From: Carcharhinus longimanus
Taxonomy: Eukaryota
Direction: 5' to 3'
DNA length: 64,000 bases
NCBI GenBank assembly: GCA_030264375.1
Contig: JASCQW010000043.1
Location: 77,653,983 to 77,717,982 of the forward strand
The notes beneath the pieces were generated by a model, which saw nothing but the letters and a program-made list of their open reading frames with translations, had not been told where the DNA came from and searched no databases. Positions 12,668 to 25,397 of the stretch are shown in pieces (within the stretch, counting starts at the first letter, position 1; every line of letters starts with the position of its first letter). A program made the position numbers and the translations under genes.

Positions 12668-13490
12668 ACCCTTCACTTGCCTGGATAGGTTCAACTCCAA
12701 CAACATTCAAGATACTCGACACAATCTTGGACAATTCAGCCTGCTTAATTATTACCCCTTCCACAAACATTCACACCACCCCCCCATCACTAATGGACAG
12801 TGGCAACAGAGTGTACCATCTCCAGGATGCCCTGCAGGAACTCAACAAGGTCCTGAGGCAGCATCTTCCAAACCCATAACCGCTACCATCTAGAAGGACC
12901 AGGATGGCACAGCGGCACGGTGATTAGCATTGCTGCCTCACAGCGCCAGGGGACCCGGGTTTGATTCCGGCTTTGCGTGACTGTCTGTGTGGAGTTTGCA
13001 TGTCCTCCCCGTTTGTGTGTGTGTTCCCTCCTGGTGCTCCGGTTTCCTTCCTTAGTCCAAATATGTGCAGGTTAGCTTGATTTGCCATGCTAAATTATCC
13101 CTCACTGTCAGAGAGATTAGCAGGGTAAATACGTGAGATTATGGGATAGGGCCTTGGTGGGATTGATGCCAGTGCAGGTTCGATGGGTCGAATGGTCTCC
13201 TTCTGCATTGTAGAGTTTCTATGGTTCTATTACAAGAGTAACTGATACCTGGGAACACCACCACCTAGAAGTTCCCCTCTAAGTCACTCATCATCCTGAC
13301 CTGGAAATATATTGTTGTTCTTTCACTGTTGCCGGGTCAAAATCCTTGAATTTTCTCCATTACCACACTGTGGGTGCGCCCATACCACAGGGACTGCAGT
13401 GGTTCAAGACAGCTCACCGCCACCTTCTGAAGGGCAACTAGGGATAGACAACAAATGCTGGCCTAGCCAATGATGCCCAAATGAATAAAA
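12668..13490 (+). mobile_element. CR1/L2-group LINE 3' fragment interrupted by a V-SINE
   Basis: Tail ...ggttcaagacagctcaccgccaccttctgaagggcaactaggg...aaatgctggcctagcc. The same family occurs at 26365, 45478, 47435 and 48835. Confidence 0.75.
12903..13229 (+). mobile_element. V-SINE (HE1-like)
   Basis: tRNA-derived head with A/B boxes, V-domain and tail. Confidence 0.88.
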
Positions 13491-13624
13491 AAATGAAATG
13501 ATTTTACAAATAGTTATCATCAGTAGCAATAATATTTTTGACACAACTGCCTTGGATGCGAATTGTTGATTAATAGAGCACAGAAGGATGCCATTGGCCC
13601 ATTATGCCTATGTAAGCATAAAAG

Positions 13625-13835
13625 AAAGAGTTGATTGTATGATAGTAAAGCGCCTATTGTTCCTGTTGCCTTCTCCATGACAATGCCTTGACCAGAGTTG
13701 ACTTGTTAACCAATCAATACTCTTTCCTCCCGTAATATAAATGTTTGTGAGCTTTTGAAATTTGATATTCTTGCATTTGTTCTGATGAACACAAGACGAA
13801 AAGCTTTAGCCACATTTCTCTCTTTGCATCAATAC
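13625..13835 (+). mobile_element. Penelope-like 3' terminus with a decayed hammerhead motif
   Basis: TATAAA box, then ttgttCTGATGAacacaagacGAAAagcttt at ~13782. Confidence 0.55.
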
Positions 13836-15476
13836 ATGAAGAAAGAATTATCCAATTAGTCAAAGAAAGAGTTATCCAATTAGTTCCAGTACCTTGCTCT
13901 TTGCCTTAGCTCTGCATGTTTTTTCCTTTTTCAAGTACTTATCAAATTCCCTTTTGAAAGGTACTACTGAAATTACTTTCACCACCCTTTCAGGCATGCT
14001 TTGTAGGTCAGAAAAAGTCACAAATGAATGCAGGTAGCAATTACATTAAAAAATCAAATTTGATCTTTCAAATCAATTTAACATTAGGAACCTGATTCTG
14101 AACAGTTTAGAAATCTCACAATTTCAATTAAGGCAAGGGACATTTTAAAATTGGTTGATACCTTCTAAAACAAAAATTAGGTCACAGAGTTAGGAATAAA
14201 AATGCAAAAGTTGGAAATCTGAAATAAACACAGAAATGCAAGTAATTCCACAACTGAAAGAGATGGGAGACATTAATATTTTGGTTAGTGATACCCGTCA
14301 ATTAGGAGTTAGATTGAAACCGTCCAACTTGTTTCACACAGAGCTAACTGATACCTTTTACTTGGCAATGTTGGCTAGATTCAAAGTCAAAAGGAAATGT
14401 TTGCGGCAGAAACCAGATAGACATGGAGTTAAAAAGAGCAGGTCAATTTCTTGTTGCATTCCAATTCCACAGCAACTTAAACGTTGTTGGTTCCTCATCT
14501 GCCAAAGAGCCCGCTTGAATCAAGTTACAGTCTCATACATTTATGCAGATCAGAGTCCTTTGAGTTACTTAGTATCCCCATGCTATTATAACCATAGACG
14601 AGTGAGATGTCCATAGTATTTGCGATACTTTTGCTCTGTGCTCTTCCTTGGCCGAGACCCGTTTTGAATCATGCATTCCCTGCCACCCCAATAATTTAAT
14701 TGATGCTGCCTGATCTAAAATTGTGGCCAAAGAGCCAAGTACCTTTTTCCATTGGACTCATGTGGATAGTTGCATGGCAGGATATATATGAATCCCAATC
14801 ATTCAAATCATCTGGATCACCCACTGGCATTCCTGGATGAGCCAGTTGCCTACCCATTCAGTTACCCACATGGTTCCTAAAGGTTAAAACTTATAATTGC
14901 CAGTTGCCCTGTTAGCTTCAATGGCATTAATCAGGCGACTGTTTTCCACTAGTGTGTTCTGGATGTGCATGATATGAATATCATCTGTCAAATTTGCCTG
15001 AAGCATCCTTCACATTATTGTAGGAGTCACTTAGCTTTGTGTAGAACAAACTAGTAAACAGCTCATAGAAGAACCTGAAGATTGCTAACTTACTGGAGTA
15101 AAAATTGAAATTGGGCTGTGTATAATCTGCTGATACATTTTGAATAAAACTATCTTGGTAAACAGGTTTATTTCAAACACAGGATGAAAATTGATGTGAA
15201 ACATCCTACGTTTACTAGATACTTGCTCTGAGTGGCAAAGAAATAGTTTTCAATGTGCAGTTGCCCTCAGACTTGCAGTGATCTTGTCTGTGGAAGCTTC
15301 CAGTCATCTGGTTTTGTTTAAATTCAATGTGCAGCGTAGAGTTTGTTAGTGGACAAGTGGCAAAGAGGCTTTTCAACAAATCAGATTGAATTATCCCCAT
15401 GAGACACACAGATAACAAAACATGAAATAAAAAACAGAAAATATGAATTACATTTAAATCTTTGCGCAGGAATATA

Positions 15477-15815
15477 AAATCCCTACAGTGCAGAAGGAGG
15501 CCGTTCGGCCCATTTGAGTCTGCATCAGCTCTTACCCAGAACATCTTACCCAGGTCCTTCCAATGCCTTATCCCCATAACTCCATGCATTTTCCTCACTA
15601 ATCCCTCTAACCTGCATATCTTCGGACACTAAGAAGTAAGTTAGCGTGGCCAATGCACCTAACCTGCCATCTTTGGACTGTGGAAGGAAGCCAACAAAGA
15701 CATGGGGAGAATGTGCAAACTCCATACAGACTCTATGTTGCCCATGGCTGGGATTGAATCCAGATCCCTGATGCTGTGAGACCAGAGTGCTAACTACTGT
15801 ACCATAATGCCACCC
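15477..15815 (-). mobile_element. V-SINE (HE1-like)
   Basis: Reverse-complement V-domain and head. Confidence 0.85.
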
Positions 15816-18800
15816 AGTGTGCCATCATGCTGAACAAAATAAGGATTAAACATACAAATGGGTTTATGTAAAAAAAAACATTAAAGAAGAGTAAAGCAGA
15901 AGATTATGGGGGGGGTTTCTCCATGCTGGCTAGCTGTCAGCAAGGGTCACAATGGCCCAGAAAAGACACAAAATCCACTGTGATGCTTCCATCCCACCTC
16001 TCTAGCCACTTCTGGGGGGCCCGTCTGAGGAGCATTAAGTGACCTCATTAACATCTTTCAGATGGGTGGATCCCACCTGACAGATGCTGCTAACGCCAGA
16101 GGGAAATACTCCTGTTTTCCTATCACTGAGTCCCAGTTTGGGAGATTCACAGCCTATATAAAATAAATATATTTTTAAAATCTGAAATGTTAATTTTTAG
16201 CAAAGGAAGGCAGATTTCACATTTGTAAATGACTTTTTTCTGAGTCAGAGAAGTTGTGCACTAGTGTTAACACTTACTATACTGTTAAAACAATTATTGT
16301 TGATGGCACAAAGACTATTTATCATTGGTCTTTAGAGCAAGAATAATATTTGGCCTAGGTTTATTCCATCACAGTGATTCTTATACAGATTCTATGAGTG
16401 ACGACTGCAAAAGCACAGGAGTGGTGGAGTAAGGGATCATTGACAATAACTCCTAGATTTCCATATTTAACTACATGTGTGCAGATACCCAAGGTTGTAG
16501 TCTGTTCTATACTATATAATTAGTGCGTGTTGAATGGTTCAGCATTATTAGTACAGTAAAATCCAAGCCATGATCATCAGAGTAATGTAGATCTGTAAGA
16601 TGCATCATTTGTTTGCTTCGCTTGGCGTAGTAAAGCTAATATCTGATTCTGCGTTTCCATTGACCCATTGGATTAAAACATACATCATGAACAGTTGGTT
16701 GACTTGTTGCCCAGAAAAATTGTTCAAAGCACTTTGTTCCCAAAGCNNNNNNNNNNTTGCTCAGGCGAGACCACCTGAGGTCAATGGAGATTTCCATTAT
16801 CGGACCCTTGCCCACGCCGATTCTGTGGTGGGCGAGATGGTAGAATTCTGCCATTGGCTTCATTTGTCACGAAATGGACGTTGGCCAGTTGTGTCAGAAT
16901 TGAATATATAACATTCCAATAGCCTTTCCTCATCCAAATGCACCTTAAACTGCAAAGGTGCCATAGTGTTTTGATCTCCTTTCCATTTCACGTCAGATAT
17001 ATTTCACTGACAGGCTTTGGTGTGCTATTGGACTGATGCAGTATCAGGCTAACAATGCCTTCTGTACCCTTGTTGAAAGTATATATGACGCTGATCTTTG
17101 CACAATATACAATGGTCCTTCAATTTGATGTTGCTGAAAACCTTGAAATTAGAGACTGTGCTGGGAAAACAATCATATTTATAAAGGTTTATTAGTACAA
17201 AAGGGTCATAAATTTGAATGAGCCATTAAGTCATTCTGTGAACGCAGAATGAGCTGTACCTGGAAATAGTCATCAGAAACTAATTAAATACAGCGAGCAA
17301 ATGTTGCTCAGCAAATATAACTAGTACAGGCAGGTGCATAGTATACATGGAAATAGGGTTAGAACAAATATGTTCAAACAAACATTTTAAATGTATCCTT
17401 TTATGAGATGTAGCCATCACTGGCGACACCAGTAATTTATACCCTATGCTAATTGTTGTTGAACTGAGTGGCTTCCTAGACCATTTTGGGGGCAGTTAAT
17501 AGTCAGCCACATTGCTGTGGATCTGGTGTCACATGGCCACACCAGGTAAGGAGAGATTTCTTCCTGTAAAGGACATTAGTGAACCAGGTGGATTTTTATG
17601 ACAATCAGTGGTAGTTTCATGGTCACTAATCCTGAGACTTGCTTTCAATTCCAAATTTTGGATTTGGAGATACAAAGCAAAAGATTATCTGGGTTTCTGA
17701 TGAAAAGTCATTGACCTGCAGTGTGAACTTCTTCCTCCCACAATGTTGCTGACCTGAAATCTTTCAGACATCTTCCGTTTTTATCCAAAGAGAACACGAT
17801 TCTCAGCATTGCAAACAGCAAAATGGCATTATTGTACAGCTATTGCAAGCATGTATGACTTTTCCTTCAGGGAAACAATATTCAAGATTCTTAGCAGCTA
17901 GATAAATTGAAACATTCAGGATTATCACAAACTCAAAATGCCAGAAGACAGGTACTCAAGGTTCAGAGAAAAAAGAGATACACCAACAATTTTGATATAA
18001 CTACTTCAGGTGGAGGAGTAACCATGCAACCAGAGTGCCCAGACAGATAGGTGGTGTCAGACAGTGTGGATTAAGGATGAATTGGAAAGATATTTGAGGG
18101 TATAGGTGAGTGAGATAGCCAAGCGATTTTCTGCTCCTATGCTTTTAAGGTTTCATTGCCAGTTGTTATCTCACCTTTTTTGCAAAAAGCAGGAGTCTGG
18201 AAGCTAATTTTCTGAGTAACCATTGACGATTCAGGATGGATGGAAAAGTGTGGACTTTGGGTCTGCAACTACGTACTAATGGACTTCTGCCATATTTCTT
18301 TATGACAGTGGAACAGGAACAACTTCAAGGAAATTTCCAACATGTGTTAATTCTACTAAGATTTTCTTAAGAATTTTGTCTGAGGGCAGCATAATCTTGA
18401 AATCACCATTTCCTTTAACTTCTACTTTATGAATTTGATTAGATTTTCTGTGCAGATTTACATTGTACATTGATAGATAGATAGCAACCTTACACAGTGA
18501 AATGTGCAGTATATTATTCTGCTGCAATGCTACATCAGTGTAACCTGTTCTGTCCCTTAAGGCTGCAAGATCTGATTGCTGAAAAGAGGCACTCCTCAAA
18601 GTCAATTCAAGGATTGACAGTAACATCAAATTAATTACTTTTTTTAAAACTTGTTTTGCGTACATTGAATTACTGAAAGTTGCAGCACAGAAATAAGCCA
18701 TTTTACTCAGCAAATCTGTATTGATATTTATGTTTAATCTTAGATTCATCTCACGACCATAAGCCTACCTGATAAGTATGCTTCCTTTTTTCTACTATGT

Positions 18801-18842
18801 ATCTATCTCACTTTCCCTTAAATGCTAATCATCTCAAACACT

Positions 18843-19560
18843 GAGGGAAACTTACCAAAAACAACCAGACTGTTATTTCCAGCGAGAAAGCCGACCTGTT
18901 TCACTTCAGATTTTGCTGCACTCTGCCTAAAAGAATCAAGGGGGTGTAATTCACACTGTCATGCAGGGCAGTGGGGCCAGCAAAACTTGGCATCACCATC
19001 TTTAACAGGCGCAGCAATCATAACAGGAATAAACCAACTCCCCCGCAGCCCATTATGGAGGTCTCAGGGGCTCCCTTGCCCACCCCCTATTGGAGTCAGC
19101 ACTTTTTTCCCCCACTGCTCCGATCAACAGCCTTTCCCTCCCCACCCTACCCACAGTCAGAGCTGACACCCATCCGCCCATGCCTCTCCTCCACCATTGG
19201 CCAATGCTAGCATCCCCTGCTCCTCCATGCACTCCCAACGCACAGCCAAATATGAATGAATCACTATCTCCATGAGGCTCTCACTGGGGCAGGCCCCTTG
19301 GCACATTTTGGCACTGCCAGTTTGACAAAATGCCCATGCCAACCTGGCAATGCCAACCTGTGCCAAGGGGAAGTGCCAAGGGGCAGTGCCAGGCCACTGC
19401 CTGGGCATGTCCCTCTCCCCTGGGGCTATACTCACCTTTATGCCCCTGGGGAGAACCCCATGACAGGTTCATGTCTAGGTGAACCTGTTGTAAACCATGC
19501 CAATGTGTCAATGTACAATGAGAGGTCAATATATGGTGAAGAAGTGGGTTAAAATCCATT
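18843..19560. mobile_element. Harbinger-type non-autonomous element
   Basis: GC-rich interior with ggcactgccag/tgccaacc motifs shared with 48083-48505 and 62668-63583. Confidence 0.5.
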
Positions 19561-19937
19561 CAAATTCATAACAGGATGAACTTGGAGATGTCGCCAACAA
19601 GGGGCGGGATAGATCCAAGATAATGATCCCACCAGCAAGATCTGTGACTTCTGGATCTTGAGTTTCCGCTGGCATTCATCCTCTTTAGTCCTCCTACCAA
19701 AAAGTGACTCCTTCCACAGCCTGATATCAAAATTCATTTGGCATTTGAAAGCCTATGTTGCACATTTTTTAACAGATTCTAGCAACTTGCCCACAATAGA
19801 CGTTAGACCTTTATTCTATAATTAATTTATCTTTACATTTTTGAATCTGAAATAAAGTGAAATTGAACTGGAAATAAAGTGTGGTCTCACCAAGGCTCTG
19901 TGTACAGTAAAACCTCTTTACTCTTGTATGCTCATTC

Positions 19938-20243
19938 TTTTTTTATTCCAATTCAATCAAATCAAGTCCAATTCAGAGTCTCAACAAGTTGGGACATTCC
20001 TAATCCAAGCTGACAAGACAGGGCTCTCACCTCCTGTCTTGGGCTTGATCTACATGATCCAAGCTGATTGGAGTAGGCATAGCTCCTCCTCCAAGTCTTG
20101 ATCTCATTTGCACCTCAGCCAAAAGGCCGAGATGCTGCTTTTAAAAATTCCTTTAAATGAAGCTAAAACGTAACCTAATGACTTCAACCAAGCACAGCAC
20201 GTCGATACTACACTTGATCTTAGCCAAAAGGTTGAGAAGCAAT
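19938..20243 (-). mobile_element. U2-snRNA-headed, poly(A)-tailed SINE-like or chimeric retroelement
   Basis: The 5' 40 nt match U2 snRNA nt 1-40 at 37/40, followed by a non-U2 body and an AATAAAAAAA tail. It is inserted inside CR1. Confidence 0.75.
20204..20243 (-). pseudogene. U2 snRNA 5' fragment (nt 1-40)
   Basis: ATTGCTTCTCAACCTTTTGGCTAAGATCAAGTGTAGTATC versus U2 ATCGCTTCTCGGCCTTTTGGCTAAGATCAAGTGTAGTATC, including the branch-point-pairing GTAGTA. Confidence 0.92.
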
Positions 20244-21543
20244 AAGGTCTACTTTCCTTTCCTAATTGCTTGTTGTACTTGTATGTTAACTTCCTGTGAA
20301 TTGTGTGCAGAAACCCAGATCTCTCTGAATGGGAATATTTCCCAGGTTCTCACCATTCAAAAAAATCTATTTTTTAATTTTTCTTATGTAAGTGAATAAC
20401 TTCACATTTGGTCACCTTGTATTCCATCTGCTTTGTTCGGCCTACTCAACGAACCTGTCTATATTTCTCTGCCAGCTCTTTGCATACTTCTCACTGCTTA
20501 TGTTCCCACCTAATTTTGTATCATCAGCAAACCTTTTTGACTTCTCATCCAAATCATTATTTATAGATTATAAATACCTGAGGCCCAAGTATTAATCCTT
20601 TCAGTTCCCTTGTTACAGCCTGCCAACCCAAATATGTTCTATTTATTCTTACTTTCTGCTTTGTGTCCATTAACCAATCCTCAGTCCTTACTAATACAAT
20701 ATCCCCCTCCCCCGAGTCCAAATATTTTGTAATAACTATGTGTGGCACCTTATTGAATGTTTTTGCACTACATTGTCTGCTTTTTCCACTTATCCAACCT
20801 AGTAGATACATCATAAAAAATTTGAACAGATTTGTCAAACATAATTCCCCTTTCTTNNNNNNNNNNNNNNNNNNAAAATTTGAACAGATTTGTCGAACAT
20901 AATTCCCCTTTCTTGAATCTGAGTTGACTCTGCTTAATATTAATCGAAAAAATCATAAGATTTTCTAAGTGCCCTGTTACCACAACTCTAAAAACAGGTT
21001 CTAACGTTTTGCCTATTGTGTTTTTATAATGATATGAAGGCATAAATCTGTAATAGGAATTTGGGTGAACACAATATGTGTTCATTTATTTAGACTAGGC
21101 ACATAAGAACATTTATACAAAGGTAGAAAGTGTGACGACATCAGCAGCAGAGCTGTGTACACTGTGTTCTGCTCACAAGCCAAAGTGAAACTGAGACTAG
21201 GTCACATGACACACTTCCCTTCTACTGATGACATGCTACTATCATTTAAAGGCATACTGCAAAATTGTCTGCAACTGATATTAGATTAAATGGCTTGTAA
21301 TTTCCCATTTACTTTCTTTTTCATGTCTTAAATATTAGTGTTACAGTTACCTCTTTTAAAATTCTGAGATGCAGACTATCAGGTCTAAGAGATGTGTTAC
21401 CACTTAGCTCCATTAATTTCTCCAGTACAAATTCTTCACTTAATTGTACTGATTTCTTCCAGTTATTTATTCAAGTTAGATCTATGGTTCTTCATTATTC
21501 CTGGGATGTTTTTTGTATCTTATAGTTTGAAGACGTGTACAAA

Positions 21544-22365
21544 GGGTTGAGTTTTCCTAGTCCTGTAAAGGCAAGCTTGGAGGGGTGGGGAAGGGNNNNN
21601 NNNNNNNNNNNNNNNNNNNNNNNNNNNNNNNNNNNNNNNNNNNNNNNNNNNNNNNNNNNNNNNNNNNNNNNNNNNNNNNNNNNNNNNNNNNNNNNAAAGG
21701 CAAGCTTGGCGGGGTGGGGAAGGGGTGCCAGGAACTTAGCTGTGTCAGGATAGCTCCCTGACACATTCCTGTCATTTGGGAAATCTCCCAGGAATGGGAT
21801 GGGAATCAAATTGGCTGCCAGTGTCAAAGAAGGCAAGCTGCAACTATGATGTTAAAGGCCCAAGAAGGGGCAATTTTGTGACTTCACCAGCAATTTGTTG
21901 CCTGCAATGATGCCACCCCTCCATATCTGGAGGCCCCAGTTCAGTGGAAGCAGCCTCCCTTCTAAAGACTACAGGGCAATCAGAGCTGGAAACTCCATAC
22001 CGTATTGATGGGGCTGAGAGCACAAGAGATCACAATCCCAATCACATTTTATTTGTTTATTCACTTCTGCGCAGGCCAACATGGGTGCTTCCACGTTGAG
22101 GGGTCCTTGTGATCCTCAAGCCACTTTAGCAGTGCCCATCTCTTCTGGGGATCTGCCAATGCTCTGGACCTTCCAAGCATCTGATTGGGCTGGCAGCATC
22201 GAGAACCTGTCTATTGTCCTTAATCACATTACCAGTGTAGAAGTGTAGTGTTAGGAGGCTGCTTTCTTGAAGTTTTCTAGCTGGTCTTGCTGTCAGAAAG
22301 TGTGAACTCCAGCATCCAATTTGGCTTTGACATCAAGGTCCTGAAGCTCGCAGGAAGTCCAGCCC
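21544..22365. mobile_element. Harbinger-type MITE spanning an N gap
   Basis: GGGTTGAGTTTTCCT start and AGGAAGTCCAGCCC end, inserted in CR1. Confidence 0.55.
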
Positions 22366-22483
22366 CAGGTATTTACTTAATGCCTTTGCCATTTCCTTAC
22401 ACCTTCTTATGATTTCACTTGTCTCTGCCTCTAATTGACCACATTAATTTTCACTATAGTCTCTACTTGTTTAGATAGCTATT

Positions 22484-22680
22484 GGGAGTCTGTTTAGTTT
22501 GGTTAGCTGAACAGCTGATTCATGATGTAGTGATGCCAACAGTGTGGGTTCCATTTTTGTACCGGCTGAGGTTATTCATGAAGGCCCTGCCTTCTCAACC
22601 TCGCCCTTTGCATGACATGTGGTGACCTTCAGGTTAAATCACAGCCAGCCTTTGGTCATCTGGGACTATTGTGACTTTTA
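22484..22680 (+). mobile_element. tRNA-derived SINE (shark family)
   Basis: A-box-like tagtttggttagc and B-box-like gggttccatt; tail ggtcatctgggactattgtgacttt. Confidence 0.55.
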
Positions 22681-25139
22681 CTGCTATAGAAACATTTCCA
22701 GTTTGTTTTTATGTCTCTTTCTTTCCTTACGAATTTCTTGGTCTTTGTTGATTCTGAAATCCTCTCAGCAGTCCTCACGCTTATTCCTCTTAGTAAAATT
22801 AAAAGCCTCTTCACTTGATCAAATAAGATCTTTAACACATCTTGTTGGTCATGTTTGGGCCATTTGGTCTCTGAGATTTTTATGCCATAAAGCCATAATG
22901 GCTCGGTGAAATAAGAGCAGGAGCAATTCTGAGAGTTTTCCTATCTATATACATAATTCAGACCATGTGAATTATTTATATGAAAAAAGCTGTTATGCAT
23001 ATCCAAAAGAAAAGTTAAAATATAATTGTGTTGCAATAGTCCTTGAGAAAATCCTTCCTGCATGTAGACAGGGTAGCTCTATGGCAATTTGGAGCAGTGT
23101 TATATGAAAATTGTGTATTGAACAGTATTAAAATGATCCAATTACTTGAAATATCAGGAGGCTAGATGCTTTTGTACATCTCAAATTCAATTACGTTACC
23201 ATTTCCAAGTTTGTAATGCTTTTTGTATTGCACCTTAGTGTGGCATCACTGGTAAACAGCAAGCAAAGAATTTTAGGATAAAAATGTGTGCGACTCCATG
23301 GCACACACTGATTTTCATTATTGCATCTTATTTAAAAAATAAGTTGATGTGCATCACATCACAGGAAGTATAAAACTTACGAAGGTCAAAAATATAAAGA
23401 TAACCGAATTTCTTAACATATAATGCATAGACATATTTAAACATACCCAATTCATTGATAATAATGCAATATTTAAATTCATGCTCAAGTTACTGTGATT
23501 ACTGTACAAACTCTGAAAATATGTTGTGGATATTGCTGGGACTTCAGAATTTTATTTAAATGCATGGGATTCTACCTTTTATGTTGTGGTCATATTGCAT
23601 CTGGTTCACTAATGTCCTATCAGGATTACTAATGTCCTATTTGGTTCACTAGTGTCCTTTAGGGAAGGAAATCTGTCGTCCTTACCTGGTCTGGCCTACA
23701 TGAGGCTCCAGAGCCACAGTAATGTGGTTGCCTCTCAGCTGCCCTTAGACAACTAGTGATGGGCAATGAATGCTGGCCAGCTAATGGCTTCCATGTCCCA
23801 CAACGAATGAAAAAATAATCACCTTCAAACGCAGTAAAGGACTATGGAACTTTGCTGTCACTTTCATGGCACTGGAATCAGTTTTTCATTTATGTGCAAC
23901 ACTACATTAAAATGTAGGAAGAAAAATCTGCTCTCGTTGCCTCCTGTGCTTATCTTTCTATGAGTTTTTAGTTGGTCTGTTTCTGTCACCATGTGATTGC
24001 TGTGGCACAGACTCTGTAGCTCTTCATCGTCTTCTGCTTAACAACTTTCAGCATGATGTCTGCAAGAAACTGTCATGCAGATCAGTGAAGTGGAAGAAGT
24101 TACCTGATGAAATTGCTGGCAGCTTGCTTCATAATGGCGTGACAAGTTTCCTTGACTTATCTCCAGGCAGTGCCTGCTGAAGATCCAGGAACTATTTATC
24201 TCTTTGCTTTTTATGAAGCGTGCATACATTAAAGGGATGCGTGCAATAATTGACCATAAACTATCTCTGTTTAGGTGAAATAAATACATTCTGATGAAAG
24301 GTTAGTAACCTGACACGTTAGGTTGAATTTCTTAGCCCCAGCTCCCCAATGCATTCCTATCTCTGTAGGCTTTCTCAGGGACCGGGAACCAAGTTGGCCT
24401 TAGCTCAATGCAGGACTCGCTTAGCGACCATTTTGTGATGGTATTTTCCTGGCTTTGGAATGGCTCTTCATTTTAAATGGAGGCTACCAAGGTCAATCAG
24501 GGTAGCTTCCTAGTGGCAGGCTCTCCAAATGTTCCATATCCAATGATGGGGCCACAGGGCTGAAAGGCTGCAACACATTCATCACAACTCCTGCTGCAAG
24601 ATTCTCCCTCAACCTTGAAGATCCACTGACTTCACGCCTATAATAACCTTCAAGGCGTCAAGTTATGAAGGGTTTATTATCAACAATATTTATATATGTG
24701 CTAGCGATGATCTACAGAAATCCAACCATGTCTACTCTCTTTTCCTCACTGGCTCCAACTGAGGTTCCTCCCCAACCCAGCTCTTGTGCCCTTGCATCCA
24801 ATTGGCTCGGCTTTCTGCGCTGCCTCTTCATAGGGTCCTGCCCAATCACATGGCACTTGGGGATTGCCCCCTTAAGGGGTCACGCTACCAGAGGACCACT
24901 TTATTTGATGATTCCAATGCAGATAACTGAGGGCATCTCCATGTTGAGGTGCCTTCATACTGTCTCGTCTGCCTGCTTCAGCATTCATCTCCCCTGATGA
25001 GTCTGCTGCTTTGGTGTTCCTGTGAGCCCTTTGACTGAGCCTGCAGCACTGGCAGGCTTAGAACTCTCACATGGGCCTAACTTTGGGATCCCAGCATATG
25101 ACTGAAAATCCAACCAATTAACACTGTTACTCTCTCCAC

Positions 25140-25397
25140 TACAGTTTATCTCCTGCCGCAACAGGTCCACAGCAGAACGCCATTTCCCTGGCTCTGCACT
25201 CAACCGTGGAATATCGAGATCACAAGGACCTATGTCAGATTCCTATTTATTGACTACAGCTCAGTCTTCAATACTATTATTCCCATGAAACTCATCTCCA
25301 AACTCCATTCCCTGGGCCTTGGCACCTCCCTCTGCAACTGAATCCTGAACTTCCTAACTCACAGACCACAATCAGTAAGGACAGGCAACAACACCTC
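25140..25397 (+). mobile_element. Rex1/Babar RT fragment (runs into a gap)
   Basis: Highly similar to 2428-2685 ([17 protein letters not shown]). Confidence 0.85.

Larger units (their letters stand above)
19870..22870 (-). mobile_element. Long decayed CR1 LINE (ORF2), fragmented by several insertions
   Basis: Minus-strand translations include TFNKVPH, EDWLMDTKQKVRIN and GLILGPQVFIIY (CR1 RT). Interrupted at 19938-20243 and 21544-22365. Confidence 0.75.

Noticed and set aside
12903-12975. tRNA gene (also heads at 11758, 38957, 42246 and 52679)
   Set aside because: These are tRNA-derived SINE heads that continue into SINE bodies, with no intact cloverleaf.
18300-18749. 149-aa minus-strand ORF
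   Set aside because: AT-rich, with no recognisable motif or convincing splice boundaries; likely chance.
20204-20243. Functional U2 snRNA gene
   Set aside because: Only nt 1-40 are present. There is no Sm site or 3' stem-loops, and the upstream sequence is CR1 rather than a PSE.
20817-20914. 40-bp direct repeat flanking a short N gap
   Set aside because: Overlapping contig ends differing at one base, so an assembly/heterozygosity artefact.
21567-21725. ~29-bp direct repeat flanking a 100-N gap
   Set aside because: Same contig-overlap artefact, with one mismatch.
11301-24270. Other possible minus-strand exons (~11301-11424, ~18175-18297, ~23381-23411, ~24104-24266)
   Set aside because: Each has AG/GT and an open frame but weak acceptors or unconvincing peptides. 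They cannot be supported without transcript data.
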